NCBI GenBank assembly: GCA_943354005.1
Contig: CALRBE010000005.1
Span: 21,910-85,909, forward strand
Direction of reading: 5' to 3'
Origin: an uncultured Candidatus Saccharimonas sp.
GTDB lineage: Bacteria > Patescibacteriota > Saccharimonadia > Saccharimonadales > AWTP1-31
DNA: 64,000 nucleotides
Shown: piece by piece, positions 28,907 to 39,238 of the stretch
How positions within the stretch are numbered: the first letter of the stretch is position 1
Layout of the letters: the number at the start of each line of letters is the position of its first letter
Notes under the pieces: model-generated
Databases searched by the model: none
What the model was told of the DNA's origin: nothing
Seen by the model: the letters and a program-made list of their open reading frames with translations, nothing else
Made by a program: the position numbers and the translations under genes

Positions 28907-29380
28907 ATGTCAGATAAACGATCTTCTGTAATGGTATTGCCCGTCGTTGGTGATAAAGTATTGCTTCAGTGGTTTGAAAGTAACGGTCAGACTATGTGGG
29001 ATGGCTTCGGGAGTTTTTACCCAAATGGTAATGATTCAAAAGTGATTGCTCAGAAAGTCTTTGCTAATACTTTCAAGGAAAGCATAAGCCCCGAAAATTT
29101 AGTTGAACGTGCTAAATTAAAATACTACATCAGTAAACCATCGGGTCTAGTCGATCTTGACATAACTATTTACTTTGCAAATCTTTCAACTACGTCTTTG
29201 AGCGGTAAAAATACTAAATGGTTTGATGAAACAAACGTACCTTACAACCAAATGCATGTTGCAACTGGAAAATGGCTACCCATACTACTGAAAAAGCCAG
29301 AGTTACTTAAGGCAATTCTACGAGTTGATCAGCCTGGTGATCATACAAAGGGAGTTGTTATTGAATTCACGACACAGTGA
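28907..29380 (+). CDS. MTH1-like Nudix-fold protein with degenerate Nudix box
   Basis: VLPVVGDKVLLQ...WDGFGS resembles the MutT/MTH1 N-terminus, but the REx2EE residues are absent. TGaTATAGT lies 6 nt before the ATG. Confidence 0.45.
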   Translation: MSDKRSSVMVLPVVGDKVLLQWFESNGQTMWDGFGSFYPNGNDSKVIAQKVFANTFKESISPENLVERAKLKYYISKPSGLVDLDITIYFANLSTTSLSGKNTKWFDETNVPYNQMHVATGKWLPILLKKPELLKAILRVDQPGDHTKGVVIEFTTQ

Positions 29381-29480
29381 AGACAGTAATGTGCTACTAC
29401 TTGATGGTGTTAAAAAATAGATAACTGTTAGTTACTGTTATGCATTATATTTTTAGTTCAATTAATGTATAGTTCTTTTA

Positions 29481-29870
29481 ATGAATACAGAAACAAAATT
29501 AACACATAAAGACTTACCAATTTATTCCTTTGAGAATGAAGCAGATTTCTGGAATTGGTTGTCAAAAAATTATCAACAAACGACGAGCTTTTGGCTTCGT
29601 TTTTACAAGAAAGAATCAAAAGTACCATCCATTCATTACGATGAATCGGTAGATGTAGCGCTTTGCTTTGGTTGGATTGACGGACTCGCAAATAAATACG
29701 ATGAAGAATCTTACCTAGTTAGGTATACACCACGAAGACCAAAAAGTGTATGGTCCAAGATCAATGTAGCCAAGGTCAATAAACTAATTGATCAGAAAAG
29801 AATGCAGCCCAGTGGACTAGCGAAAGTTGATGCGGCTAAAGAAGATGGTAGATGGAAAGATGCTTATTAA
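29481..29870 (+). CDS. YdeI/OmpD-associated family protein (possibly C-terminally short)
   Basis: WLRFYKKES...ALCFGWIDGL...YTPRRPKSVWSKIN...GRW pattern, 129 aa. Confidence 0.6.
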   Translation: MNTETKLTHKDLPIYSFENEADFWNWLSKNYQQTTSFWLRFYKKESKVPSIHYDESVDVALCFGWIDGLANKYDEESYLVRYTPRRPKSVWSKINVAKVNKLIDQKRMQPSGLAKVDAAKEDGRWKDAY

Positions 29871-29957
29871 TTTTAAAAACCTTAATAAGACTATTTATTA
29901 TTAATGTAATATTTACTAAACATTAGCAATACACTTTCCGTCTGCTACACTTTACTC

Positions 29958-30272
29958 ATGAACAAAGACCCAGCAATAACTAATGCAGATAAGTATAAAG
30001 TAATATTTGAAAACGATAGAATACGAGTCTTAGAATATAAAGACAAGCCTGGAGATAAAACTACACCCCATCATCACCCAGATACCTTCACATTTACTTT
30101 AAGCGCTTTTGAAAGAAAACTTTACGTGGACGGTAGCGAAAAAATTGTTAAAAAGAAATCTCATGAAGCAGGCTGGCAGCCCGAACAAGATCATGTTGGC
30201 GAGAATATAGGAGATTCCGATACACATACACTACTCGTAGAGCTTAAGGAGCCTCGACCAGTCGAAAAATAG
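29958..30272 (+). CDS. small cupin-like protein
   Basis: 104 aa with a His-rich PHHHPD motif and beta-rich composition. TGcTACACT lies 6 nt before the ATG. Confidence 0.45.
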   Translation: MNKDPAITNADKYKVIFENDRIRVLEYKDKPGDKTTPHHHPDTFTFTLSAFERKLYVDGSEKIVKKKSHEAGWQPEQDHVGENIGDSDTHTLLVELKEPRPVEK

Positions 30273-30393
30273 ATATAATTGACCTCTTTGGTACAATAGA
30301 GCTGATGTCTCATATTGATAATCCACTATCCGACAGTATCATAAAAAAGTTACTTAGTATAAGAATATCAGAATTAAAAAAAGGAGACCAAGA

Positions 30394-30891
30394 ATGAGCC
30401 AGCAAACAAGAGAACACTATATGCTAGAAGCTATTAAGGCTGCTAAGGAAGCCGAGCTTGAGGGCGGGGTAGCAATTGGGGCCATTATTGTCGAAGAATC
30501 AACTGGTAAGGTTATTGCACACGGCGGCAGTACTGCAAATCATACAAATGATCCTACTGCCCATGCAGAGGTTAATTGTATTAGAGAGGCAGCACAAAAG
30601 CTAAAAACCAATAATCTACAAGACTTCACTATTTATACGACCCTTGAATCATGTCATATGTGTTTAAGCGCTGCTGCATGGGCACGTATACCACGCATTT
30701 TTTTTGGAGCCTACCATAAAGATGTCGACTCATCATTGATAGATGTTAAAGGAAAATTTCTTGACGAAGAAGAAGCTAAACGCATGAACCTACGCGATGA
30801 TACTAGTATGGTTGCCAAGGGCGGCATTTTAGAAAAGGAATGCTTACAGTTACTTGCATCCTACAATAAACAACATAAAACAAAATCTTAG
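30394..30891 (+). CDS. CDA-fold nucleoside/tRNA adenosine deaminase (TadA-like)
   Basis: HAEVNCI and SCHMCLSAAAW zinc-binding motifs. An SD (AGGAGA) lies upstream. Confidence 0.8.
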   Translation: MSQQTREHYMLEAIKAAKEAELEGGVAIGAIIVEESTGKVIAHGGSTANHTNDPTAHAEVNCIREAAQKLKTNNLQDFTIYTTLESCHMCLSAAAWARIPRIFFGAYHKDVDSSLIDVKGKFLDEEEAKRMNLRDDTSMVAKGGILEKECLQLLASYNKQHKTKS

Positions 30892-30902
30892 GAATTCTTT
30901 AT

Positions 30903-31163
30903 ATGCAGAGAATGATTATCGATGTTCGTGAACCAGAAGAATTTACAAAAGGCCACGTTCAGGGTGCAATTAACGTGCCTCCAATTGATATCATGCAAGG
31001 AGCTGCAGCGCTTAAAGACGTTCCAAAAGACACAGAGATTATTTTGTACTGCGTTTCGGGTAGCAGGTCTAATGTTTCAAAACAAATTCTTGAAACACAG
31101 GGTTTCACGAAAGTTAGTAATGGTATTAATAAAGACCAAGTACAGTCCAAATACAGATCTTAG
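30903..31163 (+). CDS. single-domain rhodanese sulfurtransferase
   Basis: 86 aa with the active-site loop YCVSGSRS. Confidence 0.8.
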   Translation: MQRMIIDVREPEEFTKGHVQGAINVPPIDIMQGAAALKDVPKDTEIILYCVSGSRSNVSKQILETQGFTKVSNGINKDQVQSKYRS

Positions 31164-31939
31164 GTATTTCGAACGCTTAGTCCTAAGCCCTTGAACTCAT
31201 TACTTATGAATGTTGGCTCATGCTCAGTGCTTAAACTATCATCATATACATAGCCTAATTCACTAAACTTTTTCAGTTGAGATGGTTTTTGAATCTTATT
31301 TAAAATAGCCCAGCGAGCGAAAGTTCCCCGTGCAATTTTAGAGTGCACTGCTATATTCTTGGTCGTTCCTGCTTTTTTGTCCCTTGTTAAGAAGCGTGGG
31401 CTGTAAATTAACTCTGGGTTAATATATTTTGTTAGAACCTTACTATATTCAATAGAACTAAGATTAAGAATTATTTCATTATCGAGTAGGTCTGCAATAC
31501 GCGATCCCCAATAGTTATACAAAGATGGTACAGAATATCCAATAAGTTTGTATCCCATTTCAAGTCTGTATGGCATGATGCCGTCCAAGGGCCTAATAAT
31601 GCCATATAGTCCAGACAGAAACACTAAGTGTTTGTCTGCATACGAACGCTCATCTTCGGTCATGGTTGAGGCTTGAAGTCCACTGAATATGTCTCCACGA
31701 AAGCTATCAATCGCAATGGACTGCTTAGATGTTTCGATACTCCACTTTGTAATCTGATTCTTTATTTGTAGTGCAAGAGGTTCCGATACATGCATAATTT
31801 CTTGTAGTAGCTTAGTATTAAGTGTACGCATGTAGCCTTGCAATACTTCTGAATCACTAATAAATATTGGACTTCGAAGACTGGAACTGGCTATAGGCTT
31901 TGACTGCATTGTCTTTGATGAATGAAGGACGTATATCAT
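31160..31939 (-). CDS. yaaA: YaaA/UPF0246 peroxide stress protein
   Basis: 259 aa from the ATG at 31939, with TGgTATACT 6 nt upstream. DSFRGDIF and YRLEMG motifs are typical of YaaA. The longer track ORF was trimmed. Confidence 0.75.
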   Translation of the reverse strand: MIYVLHSSKTMQSKPIASSSLRSPIFISDSEVLQGYMRTLNTKLLQEIMHVSEPLALQIKNQITKWSIETSKQSIAIDSFRGDIFSGLQASTMTEDERSYADKHLVFLSGLYGIIRPLDGIMPYRLEMGYKLIGYSVPSLYNYWGSRIADLLDNEIILNLSSIEYSKVLTKYINPELIYSPRFLTRDKKAGTTKNIAVHSKIARGTFARWAILNKIQKPSQLKKFSELGYVYDDSLSTEHEPTFISNEFKGLGLSVRNT

Positions 31940-31999
31940 GGATATAGTATACCAACTAGAGTGAGTGAAAAAGTAGTAAATCACGGTATACTGATTTAT

Positions 32000-32884
32000 A
32001 TGAATGAATATAGTTCCATAACAATTATTTATAATCATGTTAGTACTGGGGCGAGCGAAACGAATGCACGTGCATTCGCTAAGAAGCTTGAAAACACTAA
32101 GTACAAAGGTAAAATATCACTAATCGCTACTGAACATGCTAACCATGCCTTTAAAATTGCCAAAGATATCACGAGCCGTGAAGCCAATCCATTAATTATT
32201 TCATCTAGCGGTGACGGTGGGTACAACGAAGTGATCAACGGGGCGCTTGAGGCATCCTCAAGTAGTAATCATCCAGTAACAGGCCTGTTGCCTTCAGGTA
32301 ACGCGAACGATCATTATAACCAGCTACATAAACCATATGTAATCAAGCACATAGTAAACGGCACAACGCAGTGCATCGATGTTTTAAAAATAGAAGCACG
32401 GATAGGCGGTAAGCCTTGGCATCGCTACGCCCATTCCTATATTGGGTTTGGCTTATCTTCTGAAGTAGGGAAGGCCCTAAATGAAGTTGACCTAAATTCA
32501 ACTAACGAACTACTCATATTTCTAAAAACATTCGTAAAGAACAAACCTTTTACAATTATTGTCGGAGATCATGCACTTGAATACCAGAGCATAATCCTCA
32601 GTAACGTAGGAAAAATGTCAAAGGTCCTATCTTTGTCTAAAACGGCTCAAGTAGATGACGGACTATTCGAAATATTCACCTCAGATGCTAACGTCGTTAA
32701 ACTGATGAGTTCTCTTGTTAAATCAGTTGCAGGGATTATGGCACATGAAGCGCGAACTAAAACGTATTCATGTATAACGACTAATCCGCTCAATATTCAA
32801 TTAGATGGTGAAATATTTACTATAGATGCAGATAGTGAAATACAGATCAAATCATGTCATAAAGCTCTCTACTGCGTTATCTAG
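32000..32884 (+). CDS. diacylglycerol/lipid kinase family protein (YegS/BmrU-like)
   Basis: SSSGDGGYNEVINGAL corresponds to the DAGK catalytic GGDGT motif. TATACT lies 7 nt before the ATG at 32000. Confidence 0.65.
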   Translation: MNEYSSITIIYNHVSTGASETNARAFAKKLENTKYKGKISLIATEHANHAFKIAKDITSREANPLIISSSGDGGYNEVINGALEASSSSNHPVTGLLPSGNANDHYNQLHKPYVIKHIVNGTTQCIDVLKIEARIGGKPWHRYAHSYIGFGLSSEVGKALNEVDLNSTNELLIFLKTFVKNKPFTIIVGDHALEYQSIILSNVGKMSKVLSLSKTAQVDDGLFEIFTSDANVVKLMSSLVKSVAGIMAHEARTKTYSCITTNPLNIQLDGEIFTIDADSEIQIKSCHKALYCVI

Positions 32885-33026
32885 ATTTGTGTTTATATAA
32901 GGGCAGCATTACAATAGCAAATAACGCTAAACTACGGCGTAAAAAGGTATTGCTTAAAATACAAAAGTATGTTAAAATATGCTCTAGTAAAAATGATTAA
33001 ACGATAAGGGCAGGGAAGTTATTGTA

Positions 33027-33518
33027 ATGGTTTCAAAAAAGGTCTCAGAGAAAGAAATTATTGGAAGAGCTGAATCAATGGACTTTGTTGATTTGGGCAT
33101 TCTTGGCGTACCTGCAAAGACCGATACTGGGGCTTTTAGATCCTCTGTGCACGCCTCAAGCATTAAACTTAATGACGACAATACCCTTAGCTTCAACCTA
33201 TTAAAAGGCCATCCAGCCTGCAATTACGAAGTAGAGCGTATAACTACAAAGAGATTTTCTCAAATTGAAGTAACTAATTCATTTGGAAACCGAGAAAAAC
33301 GTTATGAAGTAAAGTTACGTGTCCGCCTCGGTACTAAAACACTCCTCGCCAGCTTTAGTCTTGCGGATCGTAAGAATAATGTATACCCTATCCTCATAGG
33401 GCGTAAATTATTGAATAATGATTTTATTGTTGATCCAGCGATCACTGGCATTAACCGTAAAGAGCTTAAAAAGCAATTAGGAATTGACCTACCTCACGAT
33501 GAGGAAGAAAGTAGTTAA
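33027..33518 (+). CDS. RimK-associated retropepsin-like ATP-dependent zinc protease family protein
   Basis: The C-terminal YPILIGRKLL..FIVDP pattern and the position immediately upstream of rimK. Confidence 0.6.
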   Translation: MVSKKVSEKEIIGRAESMDFVDLGILGVPAKTDTGAFRSSVHASSIKLNDDNTLSFNLLKGHPACNYEVERITTKRFSQIEVTNSFGNREKRYEVKLRVRLGTKTLLASFSLADRKNNVYPILIGRKLLNNDFIVDPAITGINRKELKKQLGIDLPHDEEESS

Positions 33519-33520
33519 AT

Positions 33521-34423
33521 ATGAACATTGCAATCTTATCCCGAGGAGCAGGAAACTACTCTACAAAAAGACTAAAGGAAATAGCTATTGAACGCGGACA
33601 TAATGTTCGTGTAATTAACCATGCTGAATGTTATGTTACTGTTGAAAAAAGTCGTCCAGTTGTTCGCTATCGTGGAGAGGATCTTACTGATATTGACGCA
33701 ATCATTCCTCGAATCGGCCAAAGTATTACTAAGTATGGTACGGCTATTGTGCGGCAATTTGAAATGCAGGGTGTATATACGACCGCTAGTTCTATAGCTA
33801 TCAATCGATCTCGAGACAAGCTTCGTTCTATGCAAATACTCGCACGTGCAGACGTTGGAATTCCAAAGACTGTGTTCGCTAGAGAGACAACTGATCTAGA
33901 TGACGTTGTAGAGCAAGCCGGTGGCGCACCACTTATAATTAAAGTTGCACGTGGAACACATGGCAACGGCGTCGTGTTAGCTGAAACAAAGAAAGCTGCT
34001 CAGGCGGTAATGCAAGCCTTCTATGTAGAAGGAGTAAACTTTTTAGTACAGGAATTCGTTCAAGAATCTGCTGGTACGGATATTCGTGCTTTTGTTGTTG
34101 GCGGCCGAGTAGTGGCAAGCATGAAACGACAGAGTCTTGATGATGACTTTAGATCTAATCTTCACCAAGGTGGTGAGGGTACTATCGTCAAGCTTACTGA
34201 CGAAGAACGAAAAACTGCTCTTCGTGCTGCAAAAGCTATGGGTCTTTCAATCTGTGGTGTTGACATGATGCGATCCGAAAGAGGACCACTTGTCCTTGAA
34301 GTTAATCCAAGCCCTGGTTTTGGTATCGAAAAGGTTACAGGACGTAACGTGGCTGAAAAAATAATCGAATATATCGAACAAAACGCAAAAGCAAAACGCC
34401 GCAAAGACCGCATCGGCGCCTAA
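33521..34423 (+). CDS. rimK: RimK-family alpha-L-glutamate ligase (ATP-grasp)
   Basis: 300 aa, MNIAILSR..., with ATP-grasp motifs (IIKVARGTHGNGV, GVDMMRSERGPLVLEVNPSPG). Confidence 0.9.
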   Translation: MNIAILSRGAGNYSTKRLKEIAIERGHNVRVINHAECYVTVEKSRPVVRYRGEDLTDIDAIIPRIGQSITKYGTAIVRQFEMQGVYTTASSIAINRSRDKLRSMQILARADVGIPKTVFARETTDLDDVVEQAGGAPLIIKVARGTHGNGVVLAETKKAAQAVMQAFYVEGVNFLVQEFVQESAGTDIRAFVVGGRVVASMKRQSLDDDFRSNLHQGGEGTIVKLTDEERKTALRAAKAMGLSICGVDMMRSERGPLVLEVNPSPGFGIEKVTGRNVAEKIIEYIEQNAKAKRRKDRIGA

Positions 34424-34464
34424 TAACACACACTATACCTTGTAGACCATGCTAGAATAGTGGT

Positions 34465-34953
34465 ATGAATCCGCTTATTCTTATTGCCTTAATTGCTATA
34501 GTACCTATTGCCTTGATGCTTTTATTCCGCACTAAGGCAGCACTTGTTTTTATGGCACTTTGTGCAGGCAGTATCCTGGCAACTTTTTCCAGTAAGGCAG
34601 TCCTTGACCTTACTCAGATGTTCTATTCAAACTATAGCTACGTAGCAGAATCTTTCGTACTTATTACGCTACTTTTACTCCCTGCTCTACTAACGATTGT
34701 ACTTTTGCGACGAACTGTAACTGGCCCAACATTTATAATTAATATTGTTCCCACTATTTTGACGGGAGTGACAGCTTTATTACTAGTGGTTCCGCTATTG
34801 CCTCCTGGTGTCCGATTTTCAATCTTCAAGACAGAAATTTGGGGCCAATTGGTGCAATATCAGGGCGTAATTGTAGGTGCGGCAGTATTCATGAGTTGTT
34901 TACAGCTTTGGTCTAGCAGCAAAGGCCTTAAGCATAAGAAGCGGCATAAGTAA
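34465..34953 (+). CDS. integral membrane protein, unknown function
   Basis: 162 aa with 5 TM helices. TGcTAGAAT lies 6 nt before the ATG. Confidence 0.5.
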   Translation: MNPLILIALIAIVPIALMLLFRTKAALVFMALCAGSILATFSSKAVLDLTQMFYSNYSYVAESFVLITLLLLPALLTIVLLRRTVTGPTFIINIVPTILTGVTALLLVVPLLPPGVRFSIFKTEIWGQLVQYQGVIVGAAVFMSCLQLWSSSKGLKHKKRHK

Positions 34954-35015
34954 TCAGTAAGACATTATCCAATCACGATTTCAATGTATGAGCAATCTGT
35001 AATAAAAGGATAACA

Positions 35016-35363
35016 ATGGTAGAAATTTCTTTTAATCAAGATAAGCTCATTATAAATGTAAAGGGAATAACAAAAATATTCTCACTGAGGAGCGAATTGA
35101 CCGTAAATATTAAAAATGTAATTAGCGTAAAGGCAACTTTGGGCGCAATGAAGATGCCAAAAGGATTAAGAGCTCCAGGAACAGCAATTCCAGGTATATT
35201 TTATGCTGGAACCTTTTATGACGGGGGCGATATAGTATTTTGGGACGTACGGCACGCCGATAAGGCAATTGTAATTGAGCTTAAAAACGAAGACTTTAAA
35301 CGCCTTGTCGTCGAAGTTGAAAATCCATCCGATACAGTAGCAATGATACAAAATAAAATTTAA
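35016..35363 (+). CDS. small PH-like domain protein
   Basis: 115 aa. The pattern GIFYAGTFYDGGDIVFWDV...AIVIELK is reminiscent of bacterial PH domains. Confidence 0.4.
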   Translation: MVEISFNQDKLIINVKGITKIFSLRSELTVNIKNVISVKATLGAMKMPKGLRAPGTAIPGIFYAGTFYDGGDIVFWDVRHADKAIVIELKNEDFKRLVVEVENPSDTVAMIQNKI

Positions 35364-35391
35364 GACTATTGTCACTTATTGGTGCAGTCAG

Positions 35392-36000
35392 CTATTCACT
35401 AGGAAGAACGTCCGCCTCAATTTGACTCCACACAGTCTCTATTAGCTGAAGCTGTCCTGCATCTTTTGGTGCAGTACTAGAATGGCTATTGCCATCAAAT
35501 GTGTCAATGTAAAGACCGCCAGAGGAAATAACATTTGAACTAATATACGACCTATCCGGTAAGGTTTCAGTAAATGAAGCTAACTGGCTTGAACCCGAAC
35601 CGCTATATCCAGCTAATGGACCCGATACCATTAGTTCTTGTGGGCTATCGATAATTTCAGTAACTTTTCTTACTTCATCTATTATCACAAGTGTACGATC
35701 GCCTGTTTTTTCATCAATATGGAAATAAACACCAGGAGGTCTGATTTTCTCAGTTAACATATTAAACTTTGCATCAGCTGACGGATCATCTATGACGCTC
35801 CTACTTATCCCAGGCTCATCTATAATTACGGAACCGTTAATAGTTTCATTTCTGGACTGCAATTCCGCGACCGTGTCCAACAGGCTACCTATAGAGTTCA
35901 CTAAGTTATCTCTTGTATACTTGTACTCCTGCGTTCTATCTTGCTCGCCCTGTTTGCGCATACCGTTACTAGGGATATCTTTTCCATCATGATCATTCAT
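35392..36000 (-). CDS. hypothetical protein
   Basis: The ATG at 36000 has TGcTATACT 6 nt upstream. The track start is a GTG at 36042. No motif is recognised. Confidence 0.45.
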   Translation of the reverse strand: MNDHDGKDIPSNGMRKQGEQDRTQEYKYTRDNLVNSIGSLLDTVAELQSRNETINGSVIIDEPGISRSVIDDPSADAKFNMLTEKIRPPGVYFHIDEKTGDRTLVIIDEVRKVTEIIDSPQELMVSGPLAGYSGSGSSQLASFTETLPDRSYISSNVISSGGLYIDTFDGNSHSSTAPKDAGQLQLIETVWSQIEADVLPSE

Positions 36001-36255
36001 ATGCCTAGTATAGCAAACAAAATAAACTTCACTTCGTGACACGTCGACTATATTTTTTTAGATTTCGAAAAAAGGAAATAAATTATATATTTTGGTGATC
36101 AAATTGATAACAGGTCAGAGCAACACCAGTACAATATCCGCATCCGAAAGAATCTATGTTCTCTTAGTCTTTATGCTATACTCAGCCCACAGAGACCTTT
36201 TGGAATATCTAGAATAAAAATTTAATAACTTAGCGAAACAACAAGGAAATAACTA

Positions 36256-37029
36256 ATGCTCTATCGTAATTTAAAAAATCAAGCACAACAATTCTTAGGA
36301 AATTATAAATCCAAAAATCCAGCAACATTCGCCGCAGCTCAACAAGCAATTGGCGGACTGCTAATACTGGACGGCTTTATTGGCATAGACAATCCATTCG
36401 GGGGTAAAAAACGCAGTGGTATTTTTGGCTCGCTGATTGGTATTTTCATAGGAGTGGTATTTATTGCTGGATCAGGCTTTATAGGAAGCGTAATGGGCAT
36501 TAATAAGCTAACTGCGACTTCTACGGCTACGGTGGTTAGCGTAAGCCAGCCTTCTTATACAAGCACAGACAATACTAACAGCTCTAACAGTGGCTCATGT
36601 ACTGTCCAAGCGAAGTATTCAGTTAGTGGTAAGGAATATTCACAGACGGCTAAAAGTGGGTCTAGTAGCGCTTGCTCATTAGCTCAGGGACAAACAATCA
36701 ACATTAACTACGACCCGAACAGTCCCGGGGCATTCGCATACGATCTTGATTCAGCCAAAACTGCCCTCAAAATATTACCTATCATTGGATTATTAGTAGT
36801 AGTTTCTAGCTTAGTAACCTTTGCTATTCGCTTATTCAGCATCATATTTGGGTGGAAGCTACTTAAAAGCGGTCGTGCACTTGCTAAGACATTACCGGCT
36901 GGGACTAACATATCCACTATAAAGGGCGAAATAAGTCAAAACTTTGCTAAATCAGTATTTGGTATGGGGGACAACGATAATCACTCTGCTACGCCAAAAC
37001 CACATTCTATGAAGAAACAACAAAAATAG
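36256..37029 (+). CDS. DUF3592-like membrane protein
   Basis: TM helices flank a beta-rich insert (ATVVSV...CTVQAKYSVSGKEYS...NINYDPNSP). Confidence 0.5.
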   Translation: MLYRNLKNQAQQFLGNYKSKNPATFAAAQQAIGGLLILDGFIGIDNPFGGKKRSGIFGSLIGIFIGVVFIAGSGFIGSVMGINKLTATSTATVVSVSQPSYTSTDNTNSSNSGSCTVQAKYSVSGKEYSQTAKSGSSSACSLAQGQTININYDPNSPGAFAYDLDSAKTALKILPIIGLLVVVSSLVTFAIRLFSIIFGWKLLKSGRALAKTLPAGTNISTIKGEISQNFAKSVFGMGDNDNHSATPKPHSMKKQQK

Positions 37030-37057
37030 TTAACTAATTAGTTTAATCCGCCAATTA

Positions 37058-37315
37058 CTAATTTATCAATATACCAAGTACTACAAGGCCTTGAGAGGTG
37101 ACCCATAGTGCACCTGATAGAATTAGGGGCTTATCCTTTTGTATTATTCCGTACGCAAACCAAATTATTGAAGTCATGGTGTAAAAAGCCCAGGTTATAA
37201 GAGAAACCCCTTGTGAACCTGACGAATTCCATACGGCAATAATTTGAGGAATTGTAGCAATAGGCTCAACTGTAGCAAATACAAGCATGAACTTTTCGAA
37301 ACTATTTTTTTTCAT
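37058..37315 (-). CDS. SemiSWEET/PQ-loop 3-TM transporter
   Basis: 85 aa from the ATG at 37315, with TGtTACGAT 6 nt upstream and the PQ motif TIPQIIAVW. The track ORF extension runs into the tRNA and its terminator. Confidence 0.7.
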   Translation of the reverse strand: MKKNSFEKFMLVFATVEPIATIPQIIAVWNSSGSQGVSLITWAFYTMTSIIWFAYGIIQKDKPLILSGALWVTSQGLVVLGILIN

Positions 37316-37330
37316 ATATACATCGTAACA

Positions 37331-37358
37331 AAAACAGAGGCAATTTGCCTCTGTTTTA
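37331..37358 (-). terminator. intrinsic terminator after tRNA-Lys(TTT)
   Basis: The minus strand reads AAAACAGAGG-caaattg-CCTCTGTTTTT. Confidence 0.8.
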
Positions 37359-37371
37359 ACAATATGCATTT

Positions 37372-37448
37372 TGGAGGGCCCAGTGAGACTCGAACTCACG
37401 ACACCCTGCTTAAAAGGCAGGTGCTCTAACCAGCTGAGCTATGGGCCC
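37372..37448 (-). tRNA. tRNA-Lys(TTT)
   Basis: The reverse complement folds as a cloverleaf: acceptor GGGCCCA/TGGGCCC, anticodon loop CTTTTAA. CCA is encoded. Confidence 0.92.
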
Positions 37449-37575
37449 GTTTTAGTAAATAACTCCTTATATTATCGATATTTTTCGCAAATTGTCAATG
37501 GCTTGAGTTACCACTGTAATAAAAAAATATGGGGCAACAATAAATGCTGTCCCATATTTAATTTATGCATCTTTG

Positions 37576-38289
37576 TTATTTTTTGTTGACTACGTAGTTG
37601 TAAAGTACTGCAAATGCTGCTGAGTACATAACTGTGAAATAGATAGCAAAAGGAATACCAATGATTGTAATGGCAAGTAGTGTCATGGCGAGTGTCAATC
37701 CGAAAATTCCATATACTTTACTAACATGACCTTTTGACATATTCCAACTAGCTTGTACTGCATCTACTCCACCCATATTCTTATCGATTACAAGGTAAGG
37801 TGCAAACACTAGTCTAGGTATTACGAAGAATGCCGGGATTAGAAAGAGTAGAATGCTAGCAAAAGCTGCTAATCCAATAATAAAGATTGCAATGAAATAA
37901 TTGACTATATATTTGCTGATACTTTTTAATGATTCAGAAACACTAATTTTTTTATTATTAACTCCTGCTAAATAAACCACAGTAGTAGCTATTGAAATTA
38001 CGATTAATAGTAAATTACTCAATAGGGAGGCTAATAAGTATGGCACTGCGTTCGGATTAGAGGCTCGTAAAAAGCCTGGGATGTTAAGAATAATTGATGC
38101 AAGGTACAATACAACAAATGTATTGATGTTGCACATAATCGCTGCCTTAGAATATTTATAGATTTCCCAAGCGCCAGGCCAATCTGTAATTTTTGGCAGT
38201 TGTGCGACTGCAGGCGATGTATTATTTGGCGGCTGCGCGGCTGCAGGCACTGTATTATTTGTTGTTTGTTGAGTTGTTTGTTCAGCCAT
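37576..38289 (-). CDS. polytopic membrane protein with Pro/Thr/Asn-rich N-terminus
   Basis: 237-aa ORF. Has a short N-terminal duplication (NNTVPAAAQPP / NNTSPAVAQLP). Confidence 0.5.
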   Translation of the reverse strand: MAEQTTQQTTNNTVPAAAQPPNNTSPAVAQLPKITDWPGAWEIYKYSKAAIMCNINTFVVLYLASIILNIPGFLRASNPNAVPYLLASLLSNLLLIVISIATTVVYLAGVNNKKISVSESLKSISKYIVNYFIAIFIIGLAAFASILLFLIPAFFVIPRLVFAPYLVIDKNMGGVDAVQASWNMSKGHVSKVYGIFGLTLAMTLLAITIIGIPFAIYFTVMYSAAFAVLYNYVVNKK

Positions 38290-38457
38290 GTATAACCTAC
38301 ATAATTTACGTATTATTACACTAAGATTAGTCCTGCTGCTTATCTAAGTCAACAATAACCCGAAACCTGTCTTTCTGTATGTGGAGTGTGCAAGGGGTAG
38401 TCAAAACATACTACCGATGTTAAAATAATTAATATACCAACAGATTGGAGAGTAGAC

Positions 38458-39189
38458 ATGTCAGGACATTCTAAGTGGTCAACGATTAAGCGACAAAAGG
38501 GAGCAAAAGATGCTGCCCGGGGAGCAATATTTACACGTCTCGGCAGTGCTATCGCTATTGCTGCCCGCACTGGAACGGATCCAGACATGAACTTCTCTCT
38601 ACGTCTGTCCATTGATAAGGCTAAAGCTGCCAATATGCCTTTGGCAAACATTCAACGATCAATTGATCGCGGAAGTGGAAAGCTTGGCGGTGAACAGATC
38701 CAGGAAATCATGTACGAAGGTTATGGCCCCGGGGGAGTAGCAATTTTAGTAGAATGTGCCACAGACAATATTAATCGCACCTATCCAGAAGTAAGGCTAG
38801 CTTTTAATAAACATGGCGGCAATATCGCAGAAAAAGGTGCTGTTGCTTTTCAATTCGATCGAAAGGGCATGATTCGCATTCAGGGTGGTGGTGACGACGT
38901 TATGCTACAAGCCTTAGATGCTGGCGCTGAGGATATGGTTGAAGAGGGTGACGAAAGCGTTGTTTATACCGATCCAAAAGAACTTGCAAAAGTACGCGAT
39001 AGTTTGAAAAAAATAGGAATTGAAATAACAGAAGCAGAGCTAACATATATCCCTAATACAACTATTGAAATTACTGAAGATAGTACTGCTGGCAAGATCA
39101 TGAGACTCATGGACGCGCTTGAGGCTCAAGACGATGTTACGAATACCTACGTTAACTTTGATATAGCCGACGACGTTACCATCGACTAG
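38458..39189 (+). CDS. yebC: YebC/PmpR family DNA-binding regulator
   Basis: MSGHSKWSTIKRQKGAKDAARG signature, 243 aa. Confidence 0.95.
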   Translation: MSGHSKWSTIKRQKGAKDAARGAIFTRLGSAIAIAARTGTDPDMNFSLRLSIDKAKAANMPLANIQRSIDRGSGKLGGEQIQEIMYEGYGPGGVAILVECATDNINRTYPEVRLAFNKHGGNIAEKGAVAFQFDRKGMIRIQGGGDDVMLQALDAGAEDMVEEGDESVVYTDPKELAKVRDSLKKIGIEITEAELTYIPNTTIEITEDSTAGKIMRLMDALEAQDDVTNTYVNFDIADDVTID

Positions 39190-39238
39190 CTGATAGCACT
39201 GTCGCGAGCTATAATGACAGCATAATGGTAAGTAGACA

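Noticed and set aside
30922-31194. 90-aa alternate-frame ORF overlapping the rhodanese gene
   Set aside because: The rhodanese frame carries the conserved active-site loop (CVSGSRS), whereas the alternate frame has no recognisable features.
37244-37589. ORFs 37244-37429 and 37371-37589 (also 50945-51127 and 60141-60335)
   Set aside because: They run through tRNA genes (Lys-TTT, Pro, His) and their terminators, so they are artefacts of six-frame translation.
38349-38651. 100-aa minus-strand ORF overlapping the yebC start
   Set aside because: It is antisense to the highly conserved YebC N-terminus and has no supporting signals.
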